DNA from: a virus
Taxonomy: Duplodnaviria > Caudoviricetes
DNA length: 43,406 bases
Virus record (IMG/VR): IMGVR_UViG_3300022177_000003
Coordinates: 1-43,406 of that record
Reading direction: 5' to 3' (one strand)
The position numbers were made by a program, and so were the translations under genes. The notes beneath the pieces are model-generated. The model saw only the letters and a program-made list of their open reading frames with translations. It had not been told where the DNA came from and made no database searches. Each line of letters begins with the position of its first letter. Position 1 is the first letter of the stretch. Shown here piece by piece: positions 27,310 to 37,362 of this stretch.

Positions 27310-27701
27310 TGGCCACCATCGTCGTGCACCTGACGCACGGGCTCCGCGTCGGAGAGGACGTGCTGTTCGAGGCCGAGATCCGCGAGGCCACGGCCGGGGA
27401 CGTGATCGAGGCCCAGGAAGAGGCGGAGAAGCTGATGATCTCCCAGGGCCTGCCCGTGCTCGTCCCCAGCCCGACCCGAGTGGGCGTCGGCCTGTTGCGC
27501 CGCCAGCTGGCCCGCATCGGCGACGTGCAGGGCCCCCTGGCCCTGGCCGAAATCAAGCGGCTGCACCCCGACGACTTGCAGAAGCTCCAGAACGCGGCGG
27601 AGACGTTGGATTCCGCCGCCGGGGAGGCGTTGTCCGAACGGGGGCGAGACGCTGGGGTGGGCCGGGGCCCTGCCGACGATCTTCCTGATGCTGGCCGCTA
27701 G
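27309..27701 (+). CDS. Tail assembly chaperone (Mu gp41-like) with -2 frameshift site
   Basis: Between tube and tape measure; GGGGGCGA at 27640-27647. Confidence 0.85.
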   Translation: MATIVVHLTHGLRVGEDVLFEAEIREATAGDVIEAQEEAEKLMISQGLPVLVPSPTRVGVGLLRRQLARIGDVQGPLALAEIKRLHPDDLQKLQNAAETLDSAAGEALSERGRDAGVGRGPADDLPDAGR

Positions 27702-27785
27702 GACCGGCTGATCCGAGGAGTCCGTCCGGGGCCTGCCCCTGCGCCGCCTGCTGACCTACATCACGGAGCTGTACGGGAAGAAACC

Positions 27786-29675
27786 ATGACCATGCGCGCC
27801 TCCATCATTCTCGACCTCGGCGGCAACCTGTCCGCCCAGGCGCGGAAGTACGAATCCGCCCTGGGCGGCATGGCCGCCAGGGGGGCGCGGCACATGCACA
27901 TGCTGCGCTCCTCGGTGGAGGCCGCCGGGCGGGGCCTGGACTCCCTGGGCAACCGCTACACCGCGCTCCTGTCCGGGGCCGCCGGGGTGGGCGCGGCCAA
28001 GATGGTGGTGGATCTGCAGCGCCGCTTCACCCGCCTGGCCATCCAGGCGAACATGGCCGACGCCGCCGTCAAGCGGCTGAAGCGCGAGATCTACGAGGTG
28101 GCCCAGGCCCCGGACATCCGGGTCGACCCGAGCGAGATCACGGGGGCCGTGGAGGCCATCGTGGAGAAGACCGGCGACCTGAAGTTCGCCCAGGACAACC
28201 TCCGCAACCTCGCCGCGACCATCCAGGCCACCGGCGCGGCCGGGGCGGCCGTCGGCGAGATCTTCGCCGAGTTCCAGAAGCAGGGCATCGTCGACCCGCG
28301 GCAGGTCATGGAGGCGATGGACGTGCTCAACGTCCAGGGCAAGGAAGGGGCCTTCACCCTCCAGAACCTGGCCGCCCTGGGCCCGCGCGTGATCACCGCC
28401 TACACGGCCTGGGGCCGACGCGGCCCCCAGGCCATGCGCGAGATGGGGGCCGCCCTGCAGCTCATCCGCCAGGGGGCCGGGTCGTCCGAGCAGGCCGCCA
28501 CCCGCTTCGAGGCCATGCTCCGCGCCTTCCAGAACCCGGAGACGCTCAAGGCATTGCGGCGCAAGGGCATTCAGGTCTTCGACCCGGAGGCGCTCAAGAA
28601 GGGGCAGCGCATGCTGCGCCCCATCAACGAGCTTATGGCCGAGATCGTGCAGAAGACCAACGGCGACATGCTCAAGCTGCGGAAAATCTTCCCGGACTCC
28701 GAGGCGCTGCAGGCGTTCCAGTCCGCCGTGGGCGAATACGCGCGCACGGGGTCGGTCGCCAGCCTGGGCAAGTTCATGTCCCTGCAGGCCGACGGCACGA
28801 CGACCTTGCGCGACTCGGCCCGGGCCGCGCATGACGCCCAGGGCGCGCTGGACAATCTCCTCACGGCCTGGAAGGCCTTCGCGGACTCCTCCCTGACCGA
28901 GCCGATCCAGGCCGCCGCCGACGCCCTGAACGCCCTGGGTTCGGAGAACACCGGCAAGGCCATCAAGTGGCTGGCCTACGGCGGCATGGCCCTGGGCGGC
29001 CTGGTCCTGGGCCGCAAGGCCTGGAGCGCCGGACGCGGCGTCGTCGACATGTTCCGGGGCGGAGGTGGCGCGGCCGCTGCAGCCGGACGCCTGGGCGGCC
29101 TCGGCGGTCTGCCCCTGCCCCTGCCCGTCTACGTGGTCAACAGCCGCATGAGCCTGATGCCCGGCGAACTGGGCGGCGGCGCGGCCGGAGAGGCCGGTGC
29201 GGCCATGTCCGGGCGCGGAGGCAAGGTCGGCCGCTTCCTCGGCCGGGCCGGGAAGTGGCTCGGGCGGGCGGGCGGCGTCATGGCCGCCGGAGCGGCGGCC
29301 TACGACGTGTACGACGCCTGGACCGACGACTCCCGGTCCACGGGTGAGAAGATCAAGGCCACGGGCGAGGCCGGGGGCGGCCTGGCCGGCTCCCTGGCCG
29401 GGGCCAAGTTGGGGGCCCTGGCCGGTACGGCGGTCATGCCCGGGGTCGGCACCGCCGTGGGCGGCGTCCTGGGCGGCCTCGTCGGCTGGTTCGCGGGCAA
29501 GTGGGGCGGCGGCAAGATGGCCGAGGCCCTGACTCCCGAATCCCTGGCCCGGGCCGTGAACGAGAAGGAGGCCCGGCTGCGCATCGAGGTGGCCGGTCCG
29601 GCCCGCGTCACGAGCCTGGAGACCTCGGGCTTCGAGGCCGACGTGGACACCGGTCTGCAGATGGGGGCACACTGA
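27786..29675 (+). CDS. Tape measure protein
   Basis: Ala/Gly-rich helical 629 aa with C-terminal glycine-zipper region; synteny. Confidence 0.9.
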   Translation: MTMRASIILDLGGNLSAQARKYESALGGMAARGARHMHMLRSSVEAAGRGLDSLGNRYTALLSGAAGVGAAKMVVDLQRRFTRLAIQANMADAAVKRLKREIYEVAQAPDIRVDPSEITGAVEAIVEKTGDLKFAQDNLRNLAATIQATGAAGAAVGEIFAEFQKQGIVDPRQVMEAMDVLNVQGKEGAFTLQNLAALGPRVITAYTAWGRRGPQAMREMGAALQLIRQGAGSSEQAATRFEAMLRAFQNPETLKALRRKGIQVFDPEALKKGQRMLRPINELMAEIVQKTNGDMLKLRKIFPDSEALQAFQSAVGEYARTGSVASLGKFMSLQADGTTTLRDSARAAHDAQGALDNLLTAWKAFADSSLTEPIQAAADALNALGSENTGKAIKWLAYGGMALGGLVLGRKAWSAGRGVVDMFRGGGGAAAAAGRLGGLGGLPLPLPVYVVNSRMSLMPGELGGGAAGEAGAAMSGRGGKVGRFLGRAGKWLGRAGGVMAAGAAAYDVYDAWTDDSRSTGEKIKATGEAGGGLAGSLAGAKLGALAGTAVMPGVGTAVGGVLGGLVGWFAGKWGGGKMAEALTPESLARAVNEKEARLRIEVAGPARVTSLETSGFEADVDTGLQMGAH

Positions 29676-30862
29676 TGGGCTGGCGCGACAGCTACCGCCC
29701 GGGCTCCTTCCGGGGCGTCGAGTTCCGCGTGGAGGCCCACGACCACGCCTTCGGCCGCCGCTGCGAACTGCACGAGTACCCCAAGCGGGACGAGCCCTAC
29801 GCCGAGGATCTGGGCCGCAAGGCCCGCGAGTTTTCCTTGGACCTCTACGTCATCGGCCCGGATTACATGGCCGCCCGCGACCGCCTGCGCGAGGCCCTGG
29901 AGAAGGAGGGCCCCGGAACCCTGGTGCATCCCTATCTCGGGTCGCAGCAGGTCCAGGTGCGCGACGCGAGCCTGCGCGAGTCCTCCCGTGAAGGAGGCAT
30001 GGCCCGCTTCCGGGTGACGTTCGTGGAGGCCGGGCGGGCGGCCGAACCCCGCGCCGAGGAGGACACGGCCTACACCGTGTCCAGGCGCGCCGAGGAATCG
30101 CGCGGCGCGGCGCTGGACGACTTCCTCGACCGACTCGACGTGTCGGGCCCGGAGTTCGTGCGCTCGAACGTCCTGTCCTCGGTCAGCAGGCGCATCTCCG
30201 CCCTGACCTGGACCGCCTCCCGCGTCTCGGGTTCGGGCCTGGGCTCCTGGTTCTCCCGGGCGTCCCTCCTGGAGGGATCCCTGTCCGGCCTGATCACGTC
30301 GCCCCTGTTGCTGGGCCGGGGCCTGCTGTCCCTGTTCACCGGCCTGGGCGAGGACACGGACCCGGCCACCACCTACGCCGTGTCCACGCGCTCGCTGTCC
30401 GGCCTGGCGGCCGACGTCCCGGCGGTCTTCGCCACCCCGGAGCGGTCCCGGGTCGCGTCCAACGACGCGGCCGTGGCCGAGCTCATGGGCCGGGCCGCCG
30501 TGATCGAGGCCGCCGAGGCATCCTCCCGGCGCGAGTACGCCTGCGCCGACGAAGCCCTGGCCGCGCGCGGCGGCCTGTCCGAAGCCCTGGAGGATATGTC
30601 CCTGGCCGCGTCCGACCCGGTCTACGCGACCCTGACCGCCCTGCGCGCCTCGGTGGTCCGCGACCTGGGTTCGCGGGCCGCGGACCTGCCGTCCCTGGCC
30701 GTCTACACGCCCCCCGTGACGACGCCCGCCCTGGTGGTGGCCCACCGCGTCTACGGCGACGCGGCCCGCGCCGACGAGATCGTGTCCCGCAACCCCGGCG
30801 TGCGCCACCCTGGAGCCGTCCTCGGCGGCACGCCCCTGGAGGTGCTGACCGATGCCTACTAA
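29675..30862 (+). CDS. DNA circularisation protein (Mu gpN-like)
   Basis: SFRGV.F, HEYPKRD.PY.EDLGR, G.LVHP motifs. Confidence 0.92.
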   Translation: MGWRDSYRPGSFRGVEFRVEAHDHAFGRRCELHEYPKRDEPYAEDLGRKAREFSLDLYVIGPDYMAARDRLREALEKEGPGTLVHPYLGSQQVQVRDASLRESSREGGMARFRVTFVEAGRAAEPRAEEDTAYTVSRRAEESRGAALDDFLDRLDVSGPEFVRSNVLSSVSRRISALTWTASRVSGSGLGSWFSRASLLEGSLSGLITSPLLLGRGLLSLFTGLGEDTDPATTYAVSTRSLSGLAADVPAVFATPERSRVASNDAAVAELMGRAAVIEAAEASSRREYACADEALAARGGLSEALEDMSLAASDPVYATLTALRASVVRDLGSRAADLPSLAVYTPPVTTPALVVAHRVYGDAARADEIVSRNPGVRHPGAVLGGTPLEVLTDAY

Positions 30863-31892
30863 GCCCGACGTGCGCCTGGAGATCGCCGGAACGCTCTACG
30901 GCGGCTGGACCTCCATCTCGGTGCGGCGGGGCCTGGACCAGGTCGCCGGGACATTCGATCTGGCCGTCACCGAGCGCTGGCCCGGCTCGGACATTCCCCG
31001 GCCCATCCGGCCCGGGGAGGCCTGCCGCCTTCTGGTGGACGGCGCGGCCGTGGTCACCGGCCACGTGGACGACGTACAGCCGTCCTACGACGCGACCTCC
31101 CATACCGTGTCCGTGAGCGGCCGGGACAAGACCGGCGACCTGGTGGACTGTTCCGCGCCCTCGGTGCAGTGGATGGGCCGCTCCCTGCCCCAGGTGGCGG
31201 CCGACCTCTGCCGCCCCTTCGGCATCGCGGTGCGCGCGGAATGCCCGTGCGCGGCTCCGTTCCAGCGCCTCAAGAACAACGAAGGCGACTCGGTCTTCGA
31301 CACCCTGGCCGCCGCCGCCCGCGTCCGGGCCGTGCTGCTCGTCACCGACGGTTCGGGCGACCTCATCCTGACCCGCGCCGGAACCGGGCCGCGCGTGTCC
31401 ACGGTCCTGGAGCTGGGCGAGAACATCCTTTCCGCGTCCGCCGCGTTCTCCATGCGCGACCGCTACTCGGCCTACACGGTCAAGGGCCAGGGCGTGGGGT
31501 CCGACGAATGGGACGCCGAAGCCGCCGCCCACCCCTCGGGCTCGGCGTCGGACCCCCGCGTTCCCCGGCATCGGCCCCTGACCATCCTGGCCGAGGAGCA
31601 GACCGACGCGGCCTCGGCCCGCGAACGCGCCCTCTGGGAGGCGGCATCGCGTTACGGCCGGGGCCGGAGCGTCACCGTCACCGTGCTCGGCTGGTCCCAT
31701 GCCTCCGGGCTCTGGGCCCCGGGACAAAGCGTGCGCGTGCGGGACTCCTGGATCGGCCTGGACGAATCCCTGCTCGTGTCGCGCACGGCCTACACTCTGG
31801 ACGGCAAGGGCTGGCGCTGCGAGCTGACCCTGATGCCCGCCGAGGCGTGGAAGCTCCTGGCCGTGCCCGAGCCGGACGATGGGGGTTGGTGA
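30852..31892 (+). CDS. Baseplate hub (Mu gpP/gp44-like)
   Basis: GW.S.SV.R, GRDKTGDLVDCS and L.LGENI motifs. Confidence 0.9.
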   Translation: MPTKPDVRLEIAGTLYGGWTSISVRRGLDQVAGTFDLAVTERWPGSDIPRPIRPGEACRLLVDGAAVVTGHVDDVQPSYDATSHTVSVSGRDKTGDLVDCSAPSVQWMGRSLPQVAADLCRPFGIAVRAECPCAAPFQRLKNNEGDSVFDTLAAAARVRAVLLVTDGSGDLILTRAGTGPRVSTVLELGENILSASAAFSMRDRYSAYTVKGQGVGSDEWDAEAAAHPSGSASDPRVPRHRPLTILAEEQTDAASARERALWEAASRYGRGRSVTVTVLGWSHASGLWAPGQSVRVRDSWIGLDESLLVSRTAYTLDGKGWRCELTLMPAEAWKLLAVPEPDDGGW

Positions 31893-32482
31893 TGCTGCGC
31901 GCCTGGCAGAAACTCCTTGAACCGATCCGCCGCCGCTTGGCACAGATCGTGACCCGGGCCGTGCTCCTGGGGGCGGATGACCGCCCCGGCCTGCAGGAGG
32001 CGCAGATCAAGGCCCTGGCCGACGAGGTCATGGACCGCATCGAGCGGTTCCAGAACTACGGCTTTTCCTCGGTGCCCCTGCCCGGGGCCGAGGGTCTGTT
32101 CCTGGCCCCGGGCGCCTGCCGCTCCAACGGAGTGCTCGTCTGCGTTGACGACCGGCGCTGGCGCATCAAAGGCCTGCGGGGTGGCGAGGTGGCCGTCTAC
32201 ACCGACGAGGACCAGGGCGCGGACGGCTGCCGCATCGTGCTCAAGCGCGGCAACCGGATCGAGATCCGGGCCCGGGACATCGACATCCGGGCCGAGAACC
32301 GGCTGCACCTTTCGGGCCGGGAGGTCGAGATCCACGGAGACGAACGCCTGGAAACCGACGTGCAGGGCTACGGCGAGGCCGTCAATTTCGCCTCGGGCGG
32401 CTACACCATCGACACCTACCACACCGGGGCCGCGCCCCTGACCTCCACCGAGCACGGGATCAAGCCCCCGGAGGTGCCCTGA
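31892..32482 (+). CDS. Baseplate spike (Mu gp45-like)
   Basis: ERFQNYGFSSVPLPGAE and DDRRWR...GEVA.Y motifs. Confidence 0.88.
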   Translation: MLRAWQKLLEPIRRRLAQIVTRAVLLGADDRPGLQEAQIKALADEVMDRIERFQNYGFSSVPLPGAEGLFLAPGACRSNGVLVCVDDRRWRIKGLRGGEVAVYTDEDQGADGCRIVLKRGNRIEIRARDIDIRAENRLHLSGREVEIHGDERLETDVQGYGEAVNFASGGYTIDTYHTGAAPLTSTEHGIKPPEVP

Positions 32483-32922
32483 TGGACGCCGCGCTGGCCT
32501 TCCTGGACCTCTCCGGCGACCTGACCGTGTCCGGCGGCGACCTGGCCAGCGACATGGGCCTGGAAACCGCCGTGCTCCTGTCCCTGTTCCTGGACCGCGA
32601 GGCCGAGGCCGACGACCGGCTGCCCGACGGCTCCGACGATCGCCGGGGCTGGTGGGCGGACGCCTACGGGCTCGCCGGTGACCGCGTCGGTTCCCGGCTC
32701 TGGCTCCTGGACCGCGAGAAGCAGCTCCCCGAGGTCCGCGAGCGGGCCCGGGAGTACGCCGAAGAGGCCCTGGCCTGGCTCGTGGAGGACGGCGTGGCTC
32801 AATCCGTGGCCGTGAGCGCCGAATGGACCCGGCCCGGCATGCTCGGCCTGCTGGTGGATATCCGCAAGCCCGACGGCTCGCGCCTGCGCTACCGTTTCGA
32901 CAGCATCTGGAGGAACCTGTGA
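32482..32922 (+). CDS. Baseplate protein (Mu gp46-like)
   Basis: RRGWWAD, GSRLWLL.REK and AEEALAWL motifs. Confidence 0.9.
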   Translation: MDAALAFLDLSGDLTVSGGDLASDMGLETAVLLSLFLDREAEADDRLPDGSDDRRGWWADAYGLAGDRVGSRLWLLDREKQLPEVRERAREYAEEALAWLVEDGVAQSVAVSAEWTRPGMLGLLVDIRKPDGSRLRYRFDSIWRNL

Positions 32923-33974
32923 GCTTCAAGCGCCCGACCCTGTCCGAACTCATCGAACGCGACCGCGCGGACACGGCCGCGCGCCTGGCCGACACCGACC
33001 CGGCCCTGCGGCGTTCCCTGGTGGGCGTGCTCTCGACCGTGCGCGCCGGAGCCCTGCATGGCCTGTACGGCTACCTGGACTGGCTGAGCCGCCAACTCTT
33101 CCCGGACACGGCCGAGGCCGAATTCATGGAGCGCTGGGCCGGGATCTGGTCCGTGCGCCGCAAGCCCGCGCAGGCGGCCTCCGGCGTGCTCCGCCTGGAG
33201 GGCTCCAACGGGTCCGCGATCCCCGCCGGAACAGTCTTCCAACGCGCCGACGGCGTGGAGTACCTCTCCACGGCCGAGGCCATCGTGGGCGGCGGCGCGG
33301 CCCTGGTCCCCGTGGCCGCGCGCCTGACCGGCGCTGGCGGCAACGCCGACCCGGGCGTCCTGCTGTCCCTGGTTTCGCCCCTGTCCGGCGTGCAGTCCCG
33401 GGGCGCGGCCACGGGCGGGCTCACCGGCGGGGCCGACGAAGAGGCCGACGAGCCCCTGTGCGCCAGGCTCATGACCCGCATCCAGCACCCGCCCCAGGCC
33501 GGGACCGACCCGGACTACGAGGCGTGGGCCCTGGAGGTGCCCGGCGTGACCAGGGCCTGGGCGAAGGGCAAGGAGCTGGGCCCGGGCACGGTCACGGTGC
33601 GCTTCCTCATGGACGGCGCCTACCCCGACGGCATTCCCCTGGCCGGGGACGTGGACGCCGTGCAGGCGCACATCGACGCGCAGCGCCCCACCCAGGCGGA
33701 CGTCTTCGTGGTCGCGCCCCTGGCCAAGCCCATCAACCCGAGCATCCGCCTGACCCCGGACACGGCCTCCGTGCGCGCGGCGGTCCTGGCCGAGCTGGCC
33801 GACTTGCTCTTCCGCGAGGCGGTGCCCGGCGGCACGATCCTGCGCTCGCACCTCACCGAGGCCGTCAGCATCTCCGTGGGCGAGGCGGACCACGTCCTGC
33901 TGTCGCCCGCCGCCGACTTCGCCTGCGGGCCTGGTGAACTGGCCGTGCTCGGGACAATCGACTGGGGGGCCTGA
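32919..33974 (+). CDS. Baseplate J-like protein (Mu gp47)
   Basis: F.RPTL, GGAD.E and DY..WALEVPGV.RAW motifs. Confidence 0.92.
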   Translation: MSFKRPTLSELIERDRADTAARLADTDPALRRSLVGVLSTVRAGALHGLYGYLDWLSRQLFPDTAEAEFMERWAGIWSVRRKPAQAASGVLRLEGSNGSAIPAGTVFQRADGVEYLSTAEAIVGGGAALVPVAARLTGAGGNADPGVLLSLVSPLSGVQSRGAATGGLTGGADEEADEPLCARLMTRIQHPPQAGTDPDYEAWALEVPGVTRAWAKGKELGPGTVTVRFLMDGAYPDGIPLAGDVDAVQAHIDAQRPTQADVFVVAPLAKPINPSIRLTPDTASVRAAVLAELADLLFREAVPGGTILRSHLTEAVSISVGEADHVLLSPAADFACGPGELAVLGTIDWGA

Positions 33975-34579
33975 TGCTCGACGCCGAAGGGTATCTGGAC
34001 TTGCTCATGGCCCTGCAGCCGCCCGGAGCGGCCCTGCCGCGCGACCCCGGCACGGTCTGGGGCGCGCTCCTCGCGGCCGAGGCCGAGGAGCTGGCCCGCG
34101 TGGATGCCCGGGCCGCCGACCTGTTGAACGAGGCGGACCCGCGCACGGCCACGGAGCTGCTCCCGGATTGGGAGCGGATATGCGGCCTGCCCGGTCCCTG
34201 CGTGGCCGCCGCCCCGACCACGCTCGCGGCCCGGCGGCGGGCCGTTCACACCCACCTGACGGCCCGCTACGGCCAGCGTCCGGCGGACCATGAGGCCCTG
34301 GCCGAAGCCCTGGGCTACGTCGGGGCCAGGGTGGAGGAGTTCCGGCCGTTCCGCGCCGGGCTATCCCGGGCGGGCGACCCCCTGTCCAACGGGGACTGGG
34401 CCCACGCCTTCCTTCTGCGCACGGCCGACGTCGTCACCATCCGCCCGTTCACCGCCGGAGGCTCCTGCGCCGCCGAGCCCCTGGCCGAATGGGGCGACGC
34501 GCTGCTTGAATGCGAACTGCGCCGCCGCGCCCAGGCCCATCTCATCGTGCTCTTCGCCTACGGACCAAAGGAGGAATAA
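33974..34579 (+). CDS. Baseplate protein (Mu gp48/YmfQ-like)
   Basis: L.P.G.A, EADP.T..ELL.DWER..GLP motifs. Confidence 0.88.
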   Translation: MLDAEGYLDLLMALQPPGAALPRDPGTVWGALLAAEAEELARVDARAADLLNEADPRTATELLPDWERICGLPGPCVAAAPTTLAARRRAVHTHLTARYGQRPADHEALAEALGYVGARVEEFRPFRAGLSRAGDPLSNGDWAHAFLLRTADVVTIRPFTAGGSCAAEPLAEWGDALLECELRRRAQAHLIVLFAYGPKEE

Positions 34580-35539
34580 ATGAACCGGATCGACCATTCC
34601 ACGGCCACGGCCGACAAGAAGTTCACCGAGGGCAGCCCGGCCGCCGCCGTGCCCGCGACCGTGGTGACGGCCGCCTGGCTGAACGTCGTCCAGGAGGAAC
34701 TGGTGAAAGCCGTCCTTGCGGGCGGACTCTCGCTCTCGCCCACCAATGACGGCCAGCTGGGGGCCATCATCACCAGTCTGCTCGGCTCTCTGGCGCTCAA
34801 GGCCCCGCTGGCCAGCCCCGTGTTCAGCGGCAATCCCACCGCGCCGACGCCGCCCTTGTTCGACAACGACTTGTCCCTCGCAACTACGGAATTCGTGCAG
34901 CGCGCCCTGGGAAACTACCGGACGCTGTTCGGATTCACGGACTCACGCACCCTCACCGCGAACCATGCCGGGATGTTCTTGGTTTGCGGTGGCACTGCGG
35001 ACACCATCGTGGACCTCCCGTCTCTGGCCGCCTGTCCGTCCGGCGCATCGCTCCCTTATTACAACAGCGGCAACTTCAAGGTGACTCTCCGTTGCGCCGC
35101 GAACGAAAAGATCGCGTGGCACACGGCCGCGCTCGGGGCTTCCTTGGTCGAACTGCGCCCCGGTGAAACTCTGATTCTCGTGTCTCCAGGGGGCGGGGAG
35201 ACCTGGTACCCGCTCGGAGGCACGGCGTTGCTCAAGATGCCGACGGGCCCGATGCGGCACAGCCTTGCTCCCAATGGCCATCGGCAGTTGCCGACCGGCG
35301 AGATGGAAGTGTGGGGCTACGGCACCACGAGCGCCGCTGGCAAGGCCAGCGTGACCTTCGCGAGGGCGTTCACGGTCGAGGTTTACGCCCCGCTGGCCAG
35401 CCTCAACAGCCCTGGGCTGATGCGCAACAGCCTGACCGTGGCTAATGCCACCGTCACCGGCATGGACATCTATGCCTGCGATGGATCGGGCGCGGCGCTG
35501 GTGGGCGCGACGGTGTTTTACCGGGTCAAGGGCAAATAA
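34580..35539 (+). CDS. Tail fibre protein
   Basis: T.V.A.WLN.VQEE N-terminus, SP.F.G.PTAPT, G..QLP.G...WG C-terminus. Confidence 0.88.
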   Translation: MNRIDHSTATADKKFTEGSPAAAVPATVVTAAWLNVVQEELVKAVLAGGLSLSPTNDGQLGAIITSLLGSLALKAPLASPVFSGNPTAPTPPLFDNDLSLATTEFVQRALGNYRTLFGFTDSRTLTANHAGMFLVCGGTADTIVDLPSLAACPSGASLPYYNSGNFKVTLRCAANEKIAWHTAALGASLVELRPGETLILVSPGGGETWYPLGGTALLKMPTGPMRHSLAPNGHRQLPTGEMEVWGYGTTSAAGKASVTFARAFTVEVYAPLASLNSPGLMRNSLTVANATVTGMDIYACDGSGAALVGATVFYRVKGK

Positions 35540-35552
35540 GGAGGAACCGAAT

Positions 35553-35927
35553 ATGTACGCACTTTTCGTCACGGCCGACGGCCGATTCGCGTTTTCTGAC
35601 ATTGACAACGGCGGCGTGGAAATCACGGACGCCGAGCACGCCGCGCTGCTGTCGGCCCAGGGGCTGGGCAAGATCATCGTGCCCGACGCCGACGGCCGCC
35701 CCGTGGCCGTGGACCCGCCCGCGCCCACGGCGGAAGAGCAGGCGCGGATCATCCGCGCCCAGCGCGACGCCCTGCTCACGGCCTGCGATTGGACACAACT
35801 CCCTGACAGCCCGCTCCCGGCCGCGACCAAGACGGCCTGGGCCACCTACCGCCAGGATCTGCGCGACATCACCGGCCAGGCGGGATTCCCGGCGTCCGTG
35901 ACCTGGCCCGTGGCCCCGGGGGCGTAA
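35553..35927 (+). CDS. Tail fibre assembly chaperone
   Basis: RD.LL...DWTQL.D.P...W..YRQ.LRDI..Q.GFP....WP motif. Confidence 0.88.
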   Translation: MYALFVTADGRFAFSDIDNGGVEITDAEHAALLSAQGLGKIIVPDADGRPVAVDPPAPTAEEQARIIRAQRDALLTACDWTQLPDSPLPAATKTAWATYRQDLRDITGQAGFPASVTWPVAPGA

Positions 35928-36176
35928 ATGCCTGACGAAGCCGACATGAGCCAGGACGTCATCGCCCTGGCCAACGCCTCGGCCCTGGCCCGGGTGGTCA
36001 ACCGCGCCCCTGGCCTAGGCCCGGTCTACGTGGATGGCGTGGCCTGCTGCCGCGAATGCGGCGAGCCCATCCCGGCCGCGCGCCTGGCTGCTCTACCGGA
36101 CGCCGAGCGCTGCGCCGAATGTCAGAAGGATTTTGAAGAGGAAGCGGGACGGCCCGAAGGCCGCCCCTACCCATAG
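35928..36176 (+). CDS. TraR/DksA C4 zinc-finger protein
   Basis: DEAD N-terminus; C..CGE.IP.ARL...P....C..CQ. Confidence 0.85.
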   Translation: MPDEADMSQDVIALANASALARVVNRAPGLGPVYVDGVACCRECGEPIPAARLAALPDAERCAECQKDFEEEAGRPEGRPYP

Positions 36177-36319
36177 AGTGGAGCAGGCGGGGACGTTGCG
36201 AGCGCCCCCACTGGCCCGGCGAGCCAACGCCGGTCCACCGGCCGAAGCCAGCTGCCCCGGCCCACGCGCGTGGGGTCCAAGGGGAGTAGCAGGCGGGGGC
36301 CCAACCGTAAAGGCGCGTC

Positions 36320-36514
36320 ATGTTGAAGGAGCGCGAAGAAGTCAGGTGCGGAAACTGCAATCGTCTGTTGGCCAAGGGCACGGCGCTGGACCTTTCCATC
36401 AAGTGCCCGCGGTGCGGAACCCTGAATCATGTGAAGGCCGTGAGCCTCCAACCAGAGCCGCAAAGTCGGCCGGAATCGGAGGCTCGATGTGGATTTATAT
36501 GCCGAAAGAGTTGA
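36320..36514 (+). CDS. com: Com-family zinc-finger translational regulator
   Basis: RCGNCNRLLA...IKCPRCGTLN; overlaps the start of the methylase, as Mu com overlaps mom. Confidence 0.85.
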   Translation: MLKEREEVRCGNCNRLLAKGTALDLSIKCPRCGTLNHVKAVSLQPEPQSRPESEARCGFICRKS

Positions 36515-37362
36515 CGGGATCGCCCTTTGCGCCGGAATCGGCGGACTGGAACTCGGGTTGCATGTCGCGGTTCCCGAATACCGAACTGTTTGTTGGGTCG
36601 AGCGGGACGCATACGCCGCGTCCGCTCTCGTGGCCAGGATGGAAGACGAGGCCCTGGATCAAGCTCCTGTCTGGTCTGACCTTGCCTCCTTCGACGGCCG
36701 CCCGTGGCGTGGCCGAGTGGATATCCTCACTGCCGGATACCCCTGCCAGCCGTTCAGTTCCTCCGGGAAAAAGCTCGGAGCTGCCGATCCCCGACACCTC
36801 TGGCCGCACGTGGCCCGCGTCCTCGCCGAAACAGGGGCCCCACTGCTCTTCGCCGAAAACGTTCTCGGCCACTTGGACCGGGGATTCGAACAGGTCGCAG
36901 GCGAACTACAGGGAATGGGCTACGGCGTTGAAGCGGGCCTGTTCTCGGCGCTGGAGGTCGGCGCTCCGCATGTGCGGCAGAGGCTCTTCCTTCTGGCCCA
37001 CGCCTACGGTGAGCATGCCCGGCACGTGGCCGGAAATCTGGCTCGATGGGCGGACTTGGAAGTACGTGCAGGGGGCGCACCAGATGTCCGTGCACATCCT
37101 CTCGAAGTCCTGGACGATCCTCTATCTCATGGGATCGTCCACCCCGCGCCCGCTGCCGGACTCTTTCCGCCCCGTCCGGATGATCTTCAAGGTTGGGACC
37201 GGCTGCTCGCCGTTTCCCCTGGTCTGCAACCCGCTGTTCCTCGAAGCGCTGATGGGCTGGCCTGCCGGCTGGACCGATACCGCCTCGCGGGTAACGGAGT
37301 TTGCAGCCTGGCTGCGGCGTATGCGTTGGTCTCTCTCGTCTCTGTTGCGCGCGAGAGGATGA
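36487..37362 (+). CDS. Overlapping alternative-frame ORF, putative MTase beta chain carrying motif IX
   Basis: Open for 291 codons within the MTase gene; contains NPLFLEALMGWPAGWT; shares the GGAGG RBS. True start uncertain. Confidence 0.6.
   Translation: MWIYMPKELTGSPFAPESADWNSGCMSRFPNTELFVGSSGTHTPRPLSWPGWKTRPWIKLLSGLTLPPSTAARGVAEWISSLPDTPASRSVPPGKSSELPIPDTSGRTWPASSPKQGPHCSSPKTFSATWTGDSNRSQANYREWATALKRACSRRWRSALRMCGRGSSFWPTPTVSMPGTWPEIWLDGRTWKYVQGAHQMSVHILSKSWTILYLMGSSTPRPLPDSFRPVRMIFKVGTGCSPFPLVCNPLFLEALMGWPAGWTDTASRVTEFAAWLRRMRWSLSSLLRARG

Noticed and set aside
34580-36176. Invertible G segment or diversity-generating retroelement at the tail fibre
   Set aside because: No invertase, reverse transcriptase, second fibre end or template repeat seen.
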